A stretch of 64,000 nucleotides of DNA from Phoronis australis (taxonomy: Eukaryota > Animalia > Phoronida). The position numbers and the translations under genes were made by a program. A model generated the notes under the pieces. That model saw only the letters and a list, made by a program, of their open reading frames with translations, was not told the origin of the DNA and ran no database searches. Positions within the stretch are counted from its first letter, which is position 1; each line of letters opens with the position of its first letter. This document shows, piece by piece, positions 13,431 through 26,005 of this stretch. The stretch covers positions 599,580-663,579 of the forward strand of contig NMRA01000197.1 in NCBI GenBank assembly GCA_002633005.1, given 5' to 3'.

Positions 13431-14814
13431 TGTAATATTAGCTAACCCTAACGAGGTATACCTGCATGCACTTTTGAAAACCTCAATTTGACGTGGAGGA
13501 CATAGCCTCGCTATATTACACTCGCCCCTTTTGTTAAACCAAAAATTTACAAAATAAATTTTTTTGGACAACTGTACAATTCCCGACAGGATAAGGTTTC
13601 CATCAGGCAATCATTATACAATTACAGTGAGTAGCAACAAAGGAAGTCTTCAGTCTCTAAAGAATCGTTTAAACAAGTTAACAAACAAAATNAATTTACA
13701 CAAAACTAAGTTCAACAAACCATGAGGATTGTTCTTTCTCCCAATACCATTTACGATGTTCTGCTCCTCCGAATTTACAAGAAATTCGCGGTCAGAGCAC
13801 AAAAATTTTCCCAAAAAAGCCTCCTCAGACGGTTCGAGATCAGGGGCGGTACGGAATTATCCGATGAGTTACGGATGTACGGCAATTGCCGGTTCATCAA
13901 AAAAGGTTACGAATGGTCTGGCTGTGGGTGGAGTTATCGATGTCGTGACACTCCGTGACAAATCGGCAATTGCCGTACCGTCCTTGACCTCAAACCGTAC
14001 AAGGAGGCTCGATGCGTGGGCTTTTTGGGAACATTTTTGTGCTTTGACCGCAAATTTATTGCAATCTCGCTTGAAGCAGGACAACGTGAATGGCATTGGC
14101 AGAAATAACAATTGCTAATGGTTTGTTCAAACCTTGTTTTGTGTAAATTTATTGAGTTTTGTGTTTGATATGGACGCCTGACTGAAGTGAAGCACCCCGG
14201 AATTTATGGTCGGGAGTGTCACACCTTTGTAGTACGTGTGTTGGGGACGATCAGAAACTGAGGACGCCTGTGCTTATAATGAGTTAATTGGCTACTCCCG
14301 GAGAATTCTTACATAATACTTCAAAGTTCTACCATATTGGCTTCTCCCTGATTATTCTTATGCAATACTTGTAATAAATTATGCCATATTGGCTATTCCT
14401 ACAGAATTCCTGCATAATATTCGTAATAAAGTTTTGTAACATTAGCTAACCCTAACGAGGTATACCTGCATGCACTTTTGAAAACCTCATAGCCTCGTTA
14501 TATTACACTCGTCCCTTTTGTTAAACCAAAAATTTACAAAAATAAATATTTGGAGCAACTGTACAATTCCCGACAGGATAAGGTTTCTTTCAGGCAATCA
14601 TTATACAATTACAGAAATAAAGTGAGTATCAACAAAGGAAGTCTTCAGTCTCTAAAGAATCGTTTAAACAAGTTAACAAACAAAATTTCACATCGGAGTA
14701 CTGATCCCTAAACTAGTCCAACTAAAATGAATATAAGGAAATCACATGTGCATATATTACTAAACCACACCTCGTGTTAACTAAAATTATAATTATGTTA
14801 TACCCCATCCCAAA

Positions 14815-15213
14815 TTAAACTAACTGTAAAGGGCGGACCCGCGGTGTCTGAAAGAAATCCGCCGCTAGCAGACTTTCTGGGACGTCTGCCACCGCTATAG
14901 GCATGCGCCTTGAAGGTCGTCCCTCCGTCACCACTTCTACGAGGAATATGCCGACCACATCAGCTGTGCGGCCTCGATGGTCGTATTTTACTTGGACGTA
15001 TTCCATGCCCATTGCGCGTGGACCTCCCCACGCCTGGCAGGTGCACAAGAATCCCTCGTACGCACGGCCCCGTGCGTATTGGACCCCGGCAAAATCCCTC
15101 AGCGATAATACGATCATATCAGCAGTCGGGTTTGCTCTGAACACGACTCACAGGCCATCTACTGATGAGTCCGGCAGAGTTTTATAGATCAATTCCTGTT
15201 GCTGAGCTGCCAT
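14815..15213 (-). pseudogene. Accessory ORF (about 132 codons, one internal TGA) between env and the polypurine tract
   Basis: acttttacag acceptor (about 15231-15240), then caagATGG start, then MAAQQQELIYKTLPDSSVDGL*VVFRANPTADMIVLSLRDFAGVQYARGRAYEG...RVRPLQLV*. The stop lies 3 nt before the PPT. Confidence 0.55.
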
Positions 15214-15340
15214 CTTGTGCAATCTAGGTCCTGTAAAAGTCCCATATACTTTATATATTTAATGTATATCTTATGACAGTCTTGTATGTTAAAAACCACC
15301 ACCTTTCTTGCCAACCACCTAGTATACTATTGATTGTCTG

Positions 15341-16835
15341 TTAGACGGAGGTTTCTTTCTGGCCCTCTCCACTGTTCGGATCCAAGGCGGGATACATACG
15401 TCAGACGAATTGCTGCATCCGGATGAGTTTGCCATTCTACTGGACCGATACGGTCGAGTGATCGTCAGCACTGGGTTTCTCCCCAACCGGCGATGTCTGT
15501 CGGGCGTCGTTCTGTGCGCTCATAAGTGCGAGCTCTGGTGGTGCACTGGCAATTGTGTGTCCATCACTGGTTAACACAGGCTGATACTGTTTAAATATGG
15601 CATGTGCAATTTGTCTTCGTCTTAAGAAGACAATTAACCCCAAAATCAAAAGCGATGCTGCAATTCCCAGAGCGATATATAACCAAAATTCGTTATCGGG
15701 GTCAATGGAATTTCCAAATCTCGTAAATCAGTGACAAAACCGCCCAGGGGAATTTCGGGTAAGTGAGCGAGGCGTGGCGGCATTTTTACTTCCACGTGTT
15801 CAGGAAAAGCTGCTACATAAGGGGACCATTTCGTGAAGGATTCCTTCCGAATTCTTAGAACTCGGGTGAAACTATCAGGATGCTCATATCTAGATTCCCT
15901 GTGAAAAGTTCCCAAAAGGGCCATGGTTGGGTGTGTGGCCTGGCACCCATACTCAACGTGTATCAAATCTCGTTATTAACTACAGCGTACCAGCTAGACT
16001 TCAGATATATGGTATGCGGTAAAGCTTCATTCGATCTAATGAAAACGCGGTAAAACCTTTTGATAGCATCGTCAAACTTCATGAATAGCGAGCCACCACA
16101 CAATCTTTGCTCAAATTGACCGGGTGTAACGGCTGTCGGTTCTCACAAAAACTAAGTGTAGAGCACGCCTTCATGTTGTCGTAATCTAGTAAGGCATAGG
16201 ACGTTTCTTCAGGGCTTATGGCTAATGCTGCCGCCTCCAATGATCACTTTGTCAAAATGTGAGATCGGTTGGAATTGGGGAAGGGAGCCGGCAGGTTATG
16301 AATGTGAAATAACTCCATCCGTGCATAAGTATCAATTAATGATATCCGAAATGTAAGCAAAACTCTTCCGTTTTCCCACGCAGTATTGGAACAACTCCGT
16401 GTCAGGATCGAAAGGTAATTTCAAATGGCGTGGAATATTCATTCGTATATCCTTTAATATTTTACGTAATGCTTGCGGTTGAACCACCGCTAGAGTAACA
16501 GTCCCAGAGACACTATTCCTATTTGACTTTCGATGTGAGCTAAATAGCCTCAAGCTTTTTATGCTGCTAATTTCAGATGGTTTAAAATACGTTCTAAATG
16601 CATGTAACTTTGGGTGAAGACAGATAAATCTCGTATTTCGTCTTGTATAGCATATCAGTCACGTTGTTAAGACGTTGTTCTATCTCATAAGTCGAAAGAA
16701 TCAAATCATTCAACGTTTCCCTGTTTCTATTCACTTCGGTTCTAGTGGCTTTCATTAGTTACTTGTTTCAAGGCTTTAGTGGCGATTTTTTTGATTCGTC
16801 ACTATCATATCGATTGTTTCTCTGACAGCTTTAAC
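15341..16835 (-). pseudogene. env: Decayed envelope (baculovirus F-like) gene of a Gypsy/errantivirus-like LTR retrotransposon
   Basis: Translation across several frameshifts and stops gives a heptad region (MKATRTEVNRNRETLNDLI), ALRKILKDIRMNIPRHLKLPFDPDTELFQY, ELFHIHNLPAPFPN, a Cys cluster (KACSTLSFCENRQPLHPVNLSKDCVVALFMK), MPPRLAHLPEIPL, a transmembrane helix WLYIALGIAASLLILGLIVFL followed by RRR, and a tail ending MYPALD...KETSV*. The 5' end is truncated. Confidence 0.8.
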
Positions 16836-18770
16836 TTTTGAAAACCTAAATTGGACGTGGAGGACATAGCCTCATTATATTACAATATGCTCACAATGTG
16901 ATACTTATTATTGTGTGATTGTGTGGTGGAGTACATAACGGTTTTCGTGGATTAATATATAATCCTTGCTTGCATTCAAGATTGAATTCGAAATCTCAAA
17001 TTTGAACTCGAATTTGTAGCCCAAATTTAGCGGCCATCAAGTTCAAATTCGGATTATTAACAAGTCTGAGTATACGACGCTAGTCTTAAACACACACCCT
17101 TAGAGGCTTATCGCGAACGGTACTAATGAAAATAAGACATAACAAAAATTGAAAGTTCGAGTTTCGAGATTAAATCCTAGATCCTGAGGTCTAAATCGCA
17201 CAACCACCTAAAACATGCTAATCACCAGCAGCCTGACACGCGGGCCTCAGGTGCACGTGTACACCAATGATCAAGCGTGCTGTGACGATACAGCTATAAA
17301 ATGCTTTAACGTCTATCTATCACGAGCTGTTCGTTACCTGCTGTTTGACAGCAATTAACCCACAACGGCATGTACACTTAATTTAGACTGTTGAAGTTAA
17401 TAATGACGTGTCGCATCATAGTTATTCTTTCGGTGACAAAGGTAGGTTTTTTCCTAGAGCTTGTACACAGTGCAAATCATTAGTTTTCAGCCTATTTAAG
17501 GATAAAATTCTTGTTTTTTGCCTGAAATGCTTTATAACATGTGCTATTTCTTCAATATTTTTGCAACGAAACTAGTGAAAAACGTGTCGCGTGGTGTCGC
17601 GCATTATCTTACGCCTGTTCAAATGTTGCGGAAATGACGCAAGAAATTTGAATAGTAAAGGATGTGGATGGCACACGTGCACAAGAGACTGTGCGTACAT
17701 GTACGTTGTGCTTCAGTTGTTACTTACCAGAAACTAGGTCGCAAGCTCGTCGCATAGCTATCGGTATACAGGCGCATCCATTGTTTACGTTGTTTTTCTG
17801 TTTTACAATAAAGAGAATAGTAAGCGTTTAGCGGTAACCGGCTGATGTGCCACCTGCATTGTTATATTCAAAAATGACGCAACAAAAGAAAACAATAGTA
17901 GAGTCCCATAGACGATAACCATGCGCCGTGTTTACGCCCGTCGCATGGATCTCGCAAGTTTAACAATAGCTTGCGACCGCTCCATTTGACTATAATTTCA
18001 CCTGGAAACCGCGGCTGGAAACGAGGAAGACGAAAAAAGAAAGGGTGTGGATATTAGACTGAATATTTGACTTTCGTGTTGGTTTTCAGCTTCTAATTGT
18101 TTTTTTTTTCCGTTGTTTTGGTTCCAATTGAAAAAATCAGTCTCGTCTACCAACAGCACCGTAGAGGCTACCATTATGCAGTCTCGTGACAAAACGTTTC
18201 CCTCTGATTGGTTCAATCCAAACCAATCCTGAAACATAACTTTGAATGGTTTTCAATAGCATTATGTATGTTTTCAAAAACGTGATGCAATCACAATGTT
18301 TATAGTGATATTTTACAAATGTTTCATAAATGTTGTACTGATTTTGTCAGAAAATGTTTCATAGTTATGCAAATATTTCAGTTGCTGCTGCCAGACATAT
18401 CTATCGTACAAGGTAAAACGTTTGAATTGATTTCAAGTTCAGTACTTGCAGGGTTTGTTTCAAAGGTGGTGGGTCTCGATTTACCAGACAAAATTTCCAA
18501 AAATCAATGAAAACACGAACCAAATTCATACATGTTAGTGTTCAGGGGGAGATTCCTAATGCTAATTTTGTTGTGTATCTTTCGAACTTTAGTTCTACAG
18601 AAAAGACCACAATGTAAACAAAATATTCGTCAAACGAATGATTTAAGCTTGAGAAATAGTTCCCTGTTTCAGAAAGATGACTTTAGTTTGATATGTTCTC
18701 AGGGTGTGTGGCGACCAAAAGGATATCATGAAAGGGTAATAATTTCCACAAATTTGTCTCAAATTTCTCT

Positions 18771-19036
18771 TGCCATGACCGCGTCCAGAGGACCTAAAAC
18801 GGAGTCGTCATTGGCTTTGAATAGGGCAAAACTGATGTCCTCGAGGCGGCGACACTGCTCGGAACTTATTTGTATTGTGTCGTAGATAAGCTCAAATATT
18901 TTCACCGTATTCTGAACAAACAATGTCAAAATGCTAACATTCTATTTGGTTTTGTTTTCATCTTCACGGCTTTAAGACACTACTTGTATAATGATTACTC
19001 CGGGTGGATTTTCTGAAGCTTGACGCGGTCAAGGGC
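18771..19036. mobile_element. Small MITE-like element
   Basis: Inverted ends GCCATGACCGCGTC ... GACGCGGTCAAGGGC. Confidence 0.5.
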
Positions 19037-19980
19037 TAATATCCGTAAATGAAAAGCAAATTTTGCCGATTTTCTTAGCACTGTATGAATGCAAACTCGA
19101 TCACACTACGTTTTCATGGTTAAATGTATAACCCTTATGCACTTAATGGCACCAGCATTAAAGTTATACGTTGGAAATTGAACTCAAAATTTCGAGTTCA
19201 AACTCGAGTTTATAAACCGATTCCATGGATCACATGGAAGCTCTATTCCTATGATTATGGGATACTTGTATCGATCGGTGAAATTCCGGTGTGACGGAAT
19301 CTCGCTATTACTAAATATTCAGTAAAAATATACCACAAGTGAAAAAATTCAAAGAATTTGTGGTCACTATGCTTAGACTCAAAACTTAACCAATCACTCA
19401 GCACAAAACGTGTAATCGAAGCGTGCCACCCAATTGGTATTCGTAAAATTTCGAGTCAAGTTTCGAGTGCAGAGATTAGACAACGCTGCACACATACTAC
19501 AAACGCTGTAAAAGTTTCGACTAGAGGCGTGGCTCGTCACTGAAATTTATTACATGATTTAGGCTGCTTGAAACTCAACAGCGGTTAATATATCCAAGTC
19601 AATAATATGGACCGATCCCGAGAATTCAATAAAGCGTCTTGTAAGAAAAACAAGATCTCCTGAGATTCCGCGAGATATCGCCTTGCACTTTCAATGAGAG
19701 CACGGGATCTCAGCTAGAAATTTCTCCCCGGATACTCTGATTGAACTCGACCCAGGTTATCTACGGACTGAGGGAGAGGAACATTACTTCCCCGAAGTTC
19801 ACATAATCTAATGTGCCATTGAGATTGGTGTATATTTGTTTTTTACACAACCTCTTATACCCTCTGATGCTTTTTGCCTTTGGCTTCATCGTCTGATAGA
19901 TTGGTATATTTTTTCACTTTCATGTACTTCATTAACTTGCCTCTGTTCTTAATCACTTCTGCAGCGTTCAAAGGAAAAAA

Positions 19981-21202
19981 TCTGTATTCTGTGCCTTATT
20001 ATTCTGTATGCAGTTCCTTATTATTCTGTATGCAGTTCCTTATTATTCTGTATGCGGTGCCTTGTTATTCTGTATGCAGTGTCTTATTATTCTGTATGCT
20101 GTGCCTTATTATTCTGTATGCAGTGCCTTATTATTCTGTATGCGGTGCCTTATTATTCTGTATGCAGTGTCTTATTATTCTGTATGCAGTGCCTTATTAT
20201 TCTGTATGCAGTGCCTTATTATTCTGTATGCAGTGCCTTATTATTCTGTATGCAGTGTCTTATTATTCTGTATGCAGTGTCTTATTATTCTGTATGCAGT
20301 GCCTTATTATTCTGTATGCAGTGCCTTATTATTCTGTATGCAGTGTCTTATTATTCTGTATGCAGTGTCTTATTATTCTGTATGCAGTGCCTTATTATTC
20401 TGTATGCAGTGCCTTATTATTCTGTATGCAGTGTCTTATTATTCTGTATGCAGTGTCTTATTATTCTGTATGCAGTGCCTTATTATTCTGTATGCTGTGC
20501 CTTATTATTCTGTATGCTGTGCCTTATTATTCTGTATGCAGTGCCTTATTATTCTGTATGCTGTGCCTTATTATTCTGTATGCAGTGTCTTATTATTCTG
20601 TATGCAGTGTCTTATTATTCTGTATGCAGTGCCTTATTATTCTGTATGCAGTGCCTTATTATTCTGTATGCAGTGCCTTATTATTCTGTATGCAGTGTCT
20701 TATTATTCTGTATGCAGTGCCTTATTATTCTGTATGCAGTGCCTTATTATTCTGTATGCAGTGCCTTATTATTCTGTATGCAGTGTCTTATTATTCTGTA
20801 TGCAGTGCCTTATTATTCTGTATGCAGTGCCTTATTATTCTGTATGCAGTGCCTTATTATTCTGTATGCAGTGTCTTATTATTCTGTATGCAGTGCCTTA
20901 TTATTCTGTATGCAGTGCCTTATTATTCTGTATGCAGTGCCTTATTATTCTGTATGCAGTGTCTTATTATTCTGTATGCAGTGCCTTATTATTCTGTATG
21001 CAGTGCCTTATTATTCTGTATGCTGTGCCTTATTATTCTGTATGCTGTGCCTTATTATTCTGTATGCAGTGCCTTATTATTCTGTATGCTGTGCCTTATT
21101 GTTCTGTATGCTGTGCCTTATTATTCTGTATACAGTGCCTTATTATTCTGTATGCTGTGCCTTATTGTTCTGTATGCTGTGCCTTATTATTCTGTATGCA
21201 GT
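19981..21202. repeat. 22-bp minisatellite, about 55 copies
   Basis: Unit TGCCTTATTATTCTGTATGCAG with recurrent C/T and A/T variants. Confidence 0.98.
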
Positions 21203-21425
21203 GCGGATTGTCGAGACCTCCAAGTAATAAAATAAGGAGACGCTAAGACTTACTGTTGCACACTTTCTGAACTTCAGGTTGCCACAACTTTGAAGGGTCC
21301 ACTGTGGTTACGAAAGGGCTCCCAATTTTCTCTTCTCTTGGTCATCACAGTATTTAGCTGCCCTTCACACAAGAGCACTTAACGTTCATCTCTGAGAGTA
21401 ATTTTAGGCTCCGGAAATGCGGAAT

Positions 21426-22595
21426 GGTTGGTCTTTGAACATTACCATATTTGACCTTCGTTAGTCATATGTTAGGAATTTGGCCTTCCCTCACCAGGAT
21501 AATCCTGATTGGTCAGAGTTACTTATTTAAGGCGGGTCATACACAAGATCGTGTTGTCCAGCCGTCAGAACAAGACCAAGAACAAAACATCAGAACTCAC
21601 TACTTCTCTAAGGTATACGCATGGTTCTCAGACTTTGCGTCACCTTCAATGGTATTCTTTTCACCTAAATTTCCAGCTATTCGTGTGGTACCGAAACTTT
21701 GTATTCAGCTGTACCCGTTATGGTTTAGTCCTCAAAATATTTAAGTCCCATTTTAAGTTGTTCCGGCCATAAGATACGGTGAATGAATTAAAGACACAAC
21801 GCTGCGACACCTGTGTATACCCGTATCATAGGGATCGACCGACTGTTAAGTGCCGTCCAAACACAGACTTACCCTAGAATTTGTTACTCCTGAAACGAGT
21901 TGTAATTAGGTGCAACAACTCTATTATGTATAACTAGTCTTCTCACGTGCGCTGTACCCACTTACGTGCTGACGTCAAACGTCCATACAGCTTAGCAAAT
22001 GAACTTCAGGGAAACTGAAACAGAAGTCCACCATTTCTGCCAATACTACATACAAACAATTTGTAACTGATGTTACTGTTTTTAACAGCGGAGCCATTAG
22101 GGCCATATCCAGTACCACTGCCACCCGAATCAGCACCGCCAGTGTACCCGCAGCCTCCGCCACCACCGCCGCCGCCACCAGAGTATCCCTCGCCGCTGCC
22201 GCCGCCAGAGTACCCGCCACCGCCACCACCACCAGGGCACCCGCCGCCGCTGCCGCCGCTGCCTGCACCACAGTACCCGCCGCCGCCACCACCGCCACCG
22301 CCGCCTCCGCCACCAGAGTACCCACCACCAGCGTAGAGAGAGTTACCACCGCCACCTCCAGTTCTACAGGCACTATAACCACCATCTCCATGGTGCTGTT
22401 TTTCGTAGTTCCACCATTATCTACATTGTCATCTGCATTTTGTTAATTAAGCTGTAGATAACAAAAAGGCACGAATATAACGTCTAATGACGTAATTAGT
22501 ATTGGATACAGTCACATATTGTCGTTTCTTGGACTTGTCGCTTTTCCAGTAGGTGACAACTCATGTCGTTCAGATGTCTGGAGCGGCTGAAAAAT
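21426..22595 (-). pseudogene. Gly/Tyr/Ser/Cys-rich coding-like locus, copy 2
   Basis: An open minus frame of about 135 codons (22416-22006) reads GGGYSGGGGG...GYCGAGSGG...GCPGG...GYSGG. It has no in-frame start. Flanks align with 1290-2705. Confidence 0.45.
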
Positions 22596-22609
22596 GTGTC
22601 CTCTGCAAG

Positions 22610-23100
22610 TTCATCAACATCTTAAAAGTGTGGTAAACATTTTAAAAGTCTTGTCAACTTTTTACTCAAATGTTGCCAACATTTTCAAAAAATCTTGCTA
22701 ATTTTTGAAAAATCTTGTCAACATTTTATTTAAGTGTTGTCAACATTTTTATTGTGGATGTTAACATTATCATGATATTGGAGTGTTGCATTTCTTCCGT
22801 TTTGAAATTCCATCGGGAACGAAAAACCAAGTCAAAAGACCATATTTTCACTTCAAGCCTTCAATAAAGTCGCCAAGAATAAAAATCTTGCTAATGTTTT
22901 TGAAAGCCTTGCTAATACTGTGCCTTTGAAATTTTGCGATTTTGACATGATTTTCTGAAAATCTTGTCAACATTTATCATTGGAACATTTTTCAAATAAC
23001 CTTGCCAAGACATATATGGTTTTAAAATATCATGCCAAGATTTCGAAAATTTTTGAAATTGTTGGCAGGATTTTTGGAAAGTCTTCATGGATTTATCGTG
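22610..23100. repeat. Degenerate ~20-bp tandem repeat (aaaatcttgtcaacatttt-like)
   Basis: Recurrent aatcttg(t/c)caa(c/g)at motifs. Confidence 0.6.
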
Positions 23101-24295
23101 ATCTTAAAATTAAAATACAGGTCTTGATTTTTCAGCGCTTTGGCATACCATAAACATTAAAAGTTAAATTTCAAAGACATTTTAAAACCAGCCGCTTTCA
23201 TTTTAAACACATGTGAATAATTAAAAGATGACAGGTTCATGATATCACTAAGAGGGTGGTGAATTAAGATTGAAATTTGAAAAGACTGTTCAAGACACGG
23301 TACAGTGGATTAAAAGGGCACGAGTGTGGAATATATAGTAAAATTCTGAGGTCGTAAACAGCCACTGAAAGACCATTTCCATAAATAACAACCTAAAGTG
23401 GAAATGGCGAAACAGAATACTCACAAACGGTACCTAAAACCTTTCAACACAAAGATGAAAATCGTTTAAACCCCAAATACACGTTAAGGACGCCGGCAAA
23501 TAAAAGCCAGTGCTTTTGACGGGATTGGCTAAACCGTCTAACATTGGGTCATTTCAAGTCAATACGGGTGAGATTGAGCCTAAATAATGGAGAGCTCGAA
23601 TTTTTGAGAATTCGCTAAAAGCGTAGGCAACGCTTGCCCTTTTAGCAAACTTCGAAATGAGTTTTCAGATTTTCCTCCAAACGTTTGTCGAATGTCGAGG
23701 GTTACAGAACATTATTTTGTTTCAGGGAAGTGGATGGGATAATCGTTTTGTATGTCTGATAGCAGTCCAAATCCAGGCATGGCATCCCTACAATATTCCA
23801 AGCTAAAGTAATCTGTCTCAGACAATAGACAATAAAGCTGTGGTTAAATCATTCATTTTGTACTATTCATATTTCTACATGTACAACCTTTTCAGTTTTA
23901 AAACGGTTTTGTTTCACAGATAAAAACTACACCAGAAAAAATACATGTCTGGCTTTCATTTCTTTGATCAATTGAGTAGATATTATGGGCTTAGCAGAGT
24001 TGCGAGGAGAGTGGCTCGAATTTCTAGAACGGCTGACCTTCAGTTTGCAAACTTTGATACACAACGAGCATTCTCAGTTCTATGTTCTTAACGGAATTCG
24101 TAATACCAGAAATAAGGATGGCATGACAGTTGCTCGCAAGGAATGGGACTCAAATGCAGATGTAATGTGGTCCAGAAAGAGAACGTTCTCGAGTTACCCC
24201 CTACCAAACATTCAGATCTGCCTCCCGTTCAGTAACGCTGGGACCTCGCTAAAAAGCAAGACTTCGCGAGATTACGTGAGATACTGCCGTGTGTT

Positions 24296-24643
24296 TTAAA
24301 GGAGAACACGTGACTTTGACTAGGTTTTAGCTAGGTCCTAGCGTAGGTCCTAGCGTAGGTCCTAGCATCTACTGAACGCAGACCAGGCTTATTTAAGTGA
24401 GTGATTACACCTTATTACGTACTCGGACGGAAATATTTAGTCGTAGAATGACTTGAATTTTTTATTTGGTTGTATTTTGTGTGTCATTTAAGTTGCTTAC
24501 ATCTCTGGAAATGCCGGAACAGTCCACTATTACTAAGGTTCACTACTCCAAGAATATCTAAAATTTCCTGGCTCACTCAGGTGTAAATTTTTATACTTTT
24601 ACATGCACAAATTAAGTCGGAAAAAGGTTGCCTTCCCCTTTAA
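24296..24643. mobile_element. TTAA-bounded non-autonomous element (Kolobok/Crypton-like)
   Basis: TTAAAGGAGAA...GTTGCCTTCCCCTTTAA; a related terminus occurs at about 9725-9747. Confidence 0.5.
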
Positions 24644-25489
24644 TCTATGCATTGATTGGTGCATCTAGGCCAAAACAACGCCCGGATTCCATGCGCTTGT
24701 GAAATTGCCCGCTTGTCTTACGAATATGGAAAATGAGTACGTACTTGCATTTTTAAAAGAAAATGAAGTAGGAATATTGATGAATTATCAACCACGACAC
24801 ATTCAACAAATCCATGTCAAGATCGCATCATTTCACAGCGCGACTGAAAAGTTTAGGGTCAGTTGCTCGTCAACCTCACCCACCGCACTGTCGGGTTGAA
24901 ACTAAATGTAATTTGTAGGCTACCCAGCTTCTCCATGTCCGTTCAATCTTCTTAACCGTCGTTGGTCGCCGCAGCTCTGACATGATGATATCCCAGCTTG
25001 AGAATGGCTGGTTACTAAGATTCAAGAATTACAAATGGATCTGAGCTCATTTGTAAACAAGGTAATCTAAGTTTTAAAAAAATTTCAACTTTTGCGCACC
25101 CTTTGAATGGTTACTAACTGGACACAAATACAATACTTTTATTTATGTCAGTTACAACTATTAGCAGACTATCGGAATAATAAACTGTCGGAGTTCTGGT
25201 TTAGTGAACTTTCGACGGTAGCTAACATTCGGAGTAGTGAAACTTATGAATAGTGAACTTTCGGAATAGTGACATGTAACCTCGGAAATCTTCTCCATCA
25301 GTTTGTTGCTCGTATGAAGTCTGCGGGGCTGTGCACCATTGGCACTGATTGACAAGAGAAGACTTTCTTTATTGACCAAAGTTTTTATTAGGTCTAGATT
25401 TAATCTTCCCTAATATATTATTTGTTGTACATAGCAGGCATTCCATATATACATAAATTCAAAAGTATATTCAGAGTATTTACACAGAC

Positions 25490-26005
25490 AGCAGTTCTTC
25501 TCTTAAAGCTATATAGCCCTCTGAGTATACAATGCAAGGCGCTGGATACTGTCATGGTTTTTCTGTTGGAATAACCTTACAAGAGAATAGTTAACATTCA
25601 CAATCTCTGGAAGAAGATTTCTTCTAAGGTCTTCAAGAACAGGGCATCGACACATGAAACGAGGCTCATTTTCAATTTCACCCAGATTGCATATGCCGCA
25701 TATTTTCTCATTTCTAGGAATACCCATATGCCTTCTCTATATTAAGTGAGTGACTTGAACATCGAAACTGCTCAAGTATTCTTCTCGAATAAGCGCTAAA
25801 ACAATTCTCGCTAACAAGATCACGTTTAATAAGACTATACAATTCATATTTATATGATCTACCTATTTCCAGTTGCCATTCCTGAGCGTCTCAATCTAAT
25901 AACCTTTGCTCGAATACCATAATTAATTTACCACTATTACCTGGGCCAAATAACCACACTTTTCCACAACCGTACCTATACTAAATTTCTTTGGCTCGGT
26001 GTGCC
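25490..26005 (-). mobile_element. Degenerate 3' end of a non-LTR retrotransposon ORF2 (CR1/L2-group-like)
   Basis: GIPRNEKICGICNLGEIENEPRFMCRCPVLEDLR resembles the LINE C-terminal Cys/His motif. Confidence 0.75.

Larger units (their letters stand above)
12227..14802 (-). mobile_element. 3' LTR of the env-carrying Gypsy-type element, inflated by a nested foldback element and a ~1 kb duplication
   Basis: PPT GGGATGGGG (14811-14803) directly precedes TATAACAT (14802), and the other end reads ATGTTACG (12227); these are decayed TGTAACAT...ATGTTACA termini. TATA-like TATTTAAAG at 12504-12496 and three CCAAT repeats upstream. Confidence 0.7.

Noticed and set aside
13442-13452. CTAACCCTAAC, identical to a telomerase RNA template
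   Set aside because: An isolated 11-mer inside the LTR, with no pseudoknot or H/ACA context.
15161-15200. Hammerhead core CTGATGAGTCC
   Set aside because: No complementary GGAC-GAAA downstream; it is simply the antisense of accessory-ORF codons.
19874-21246. Three overlapping 390-450 aa ORFs
   Set aside because: They are products of the 22-bp minisatellite; there is no unique coding sequence.
21975-22391. 138-aa Ala/Val-rich ORF from the ORF track
   Set aside because: It is an alternative reading of the Gly-codon tract and is interrupted in the paralogous copy.
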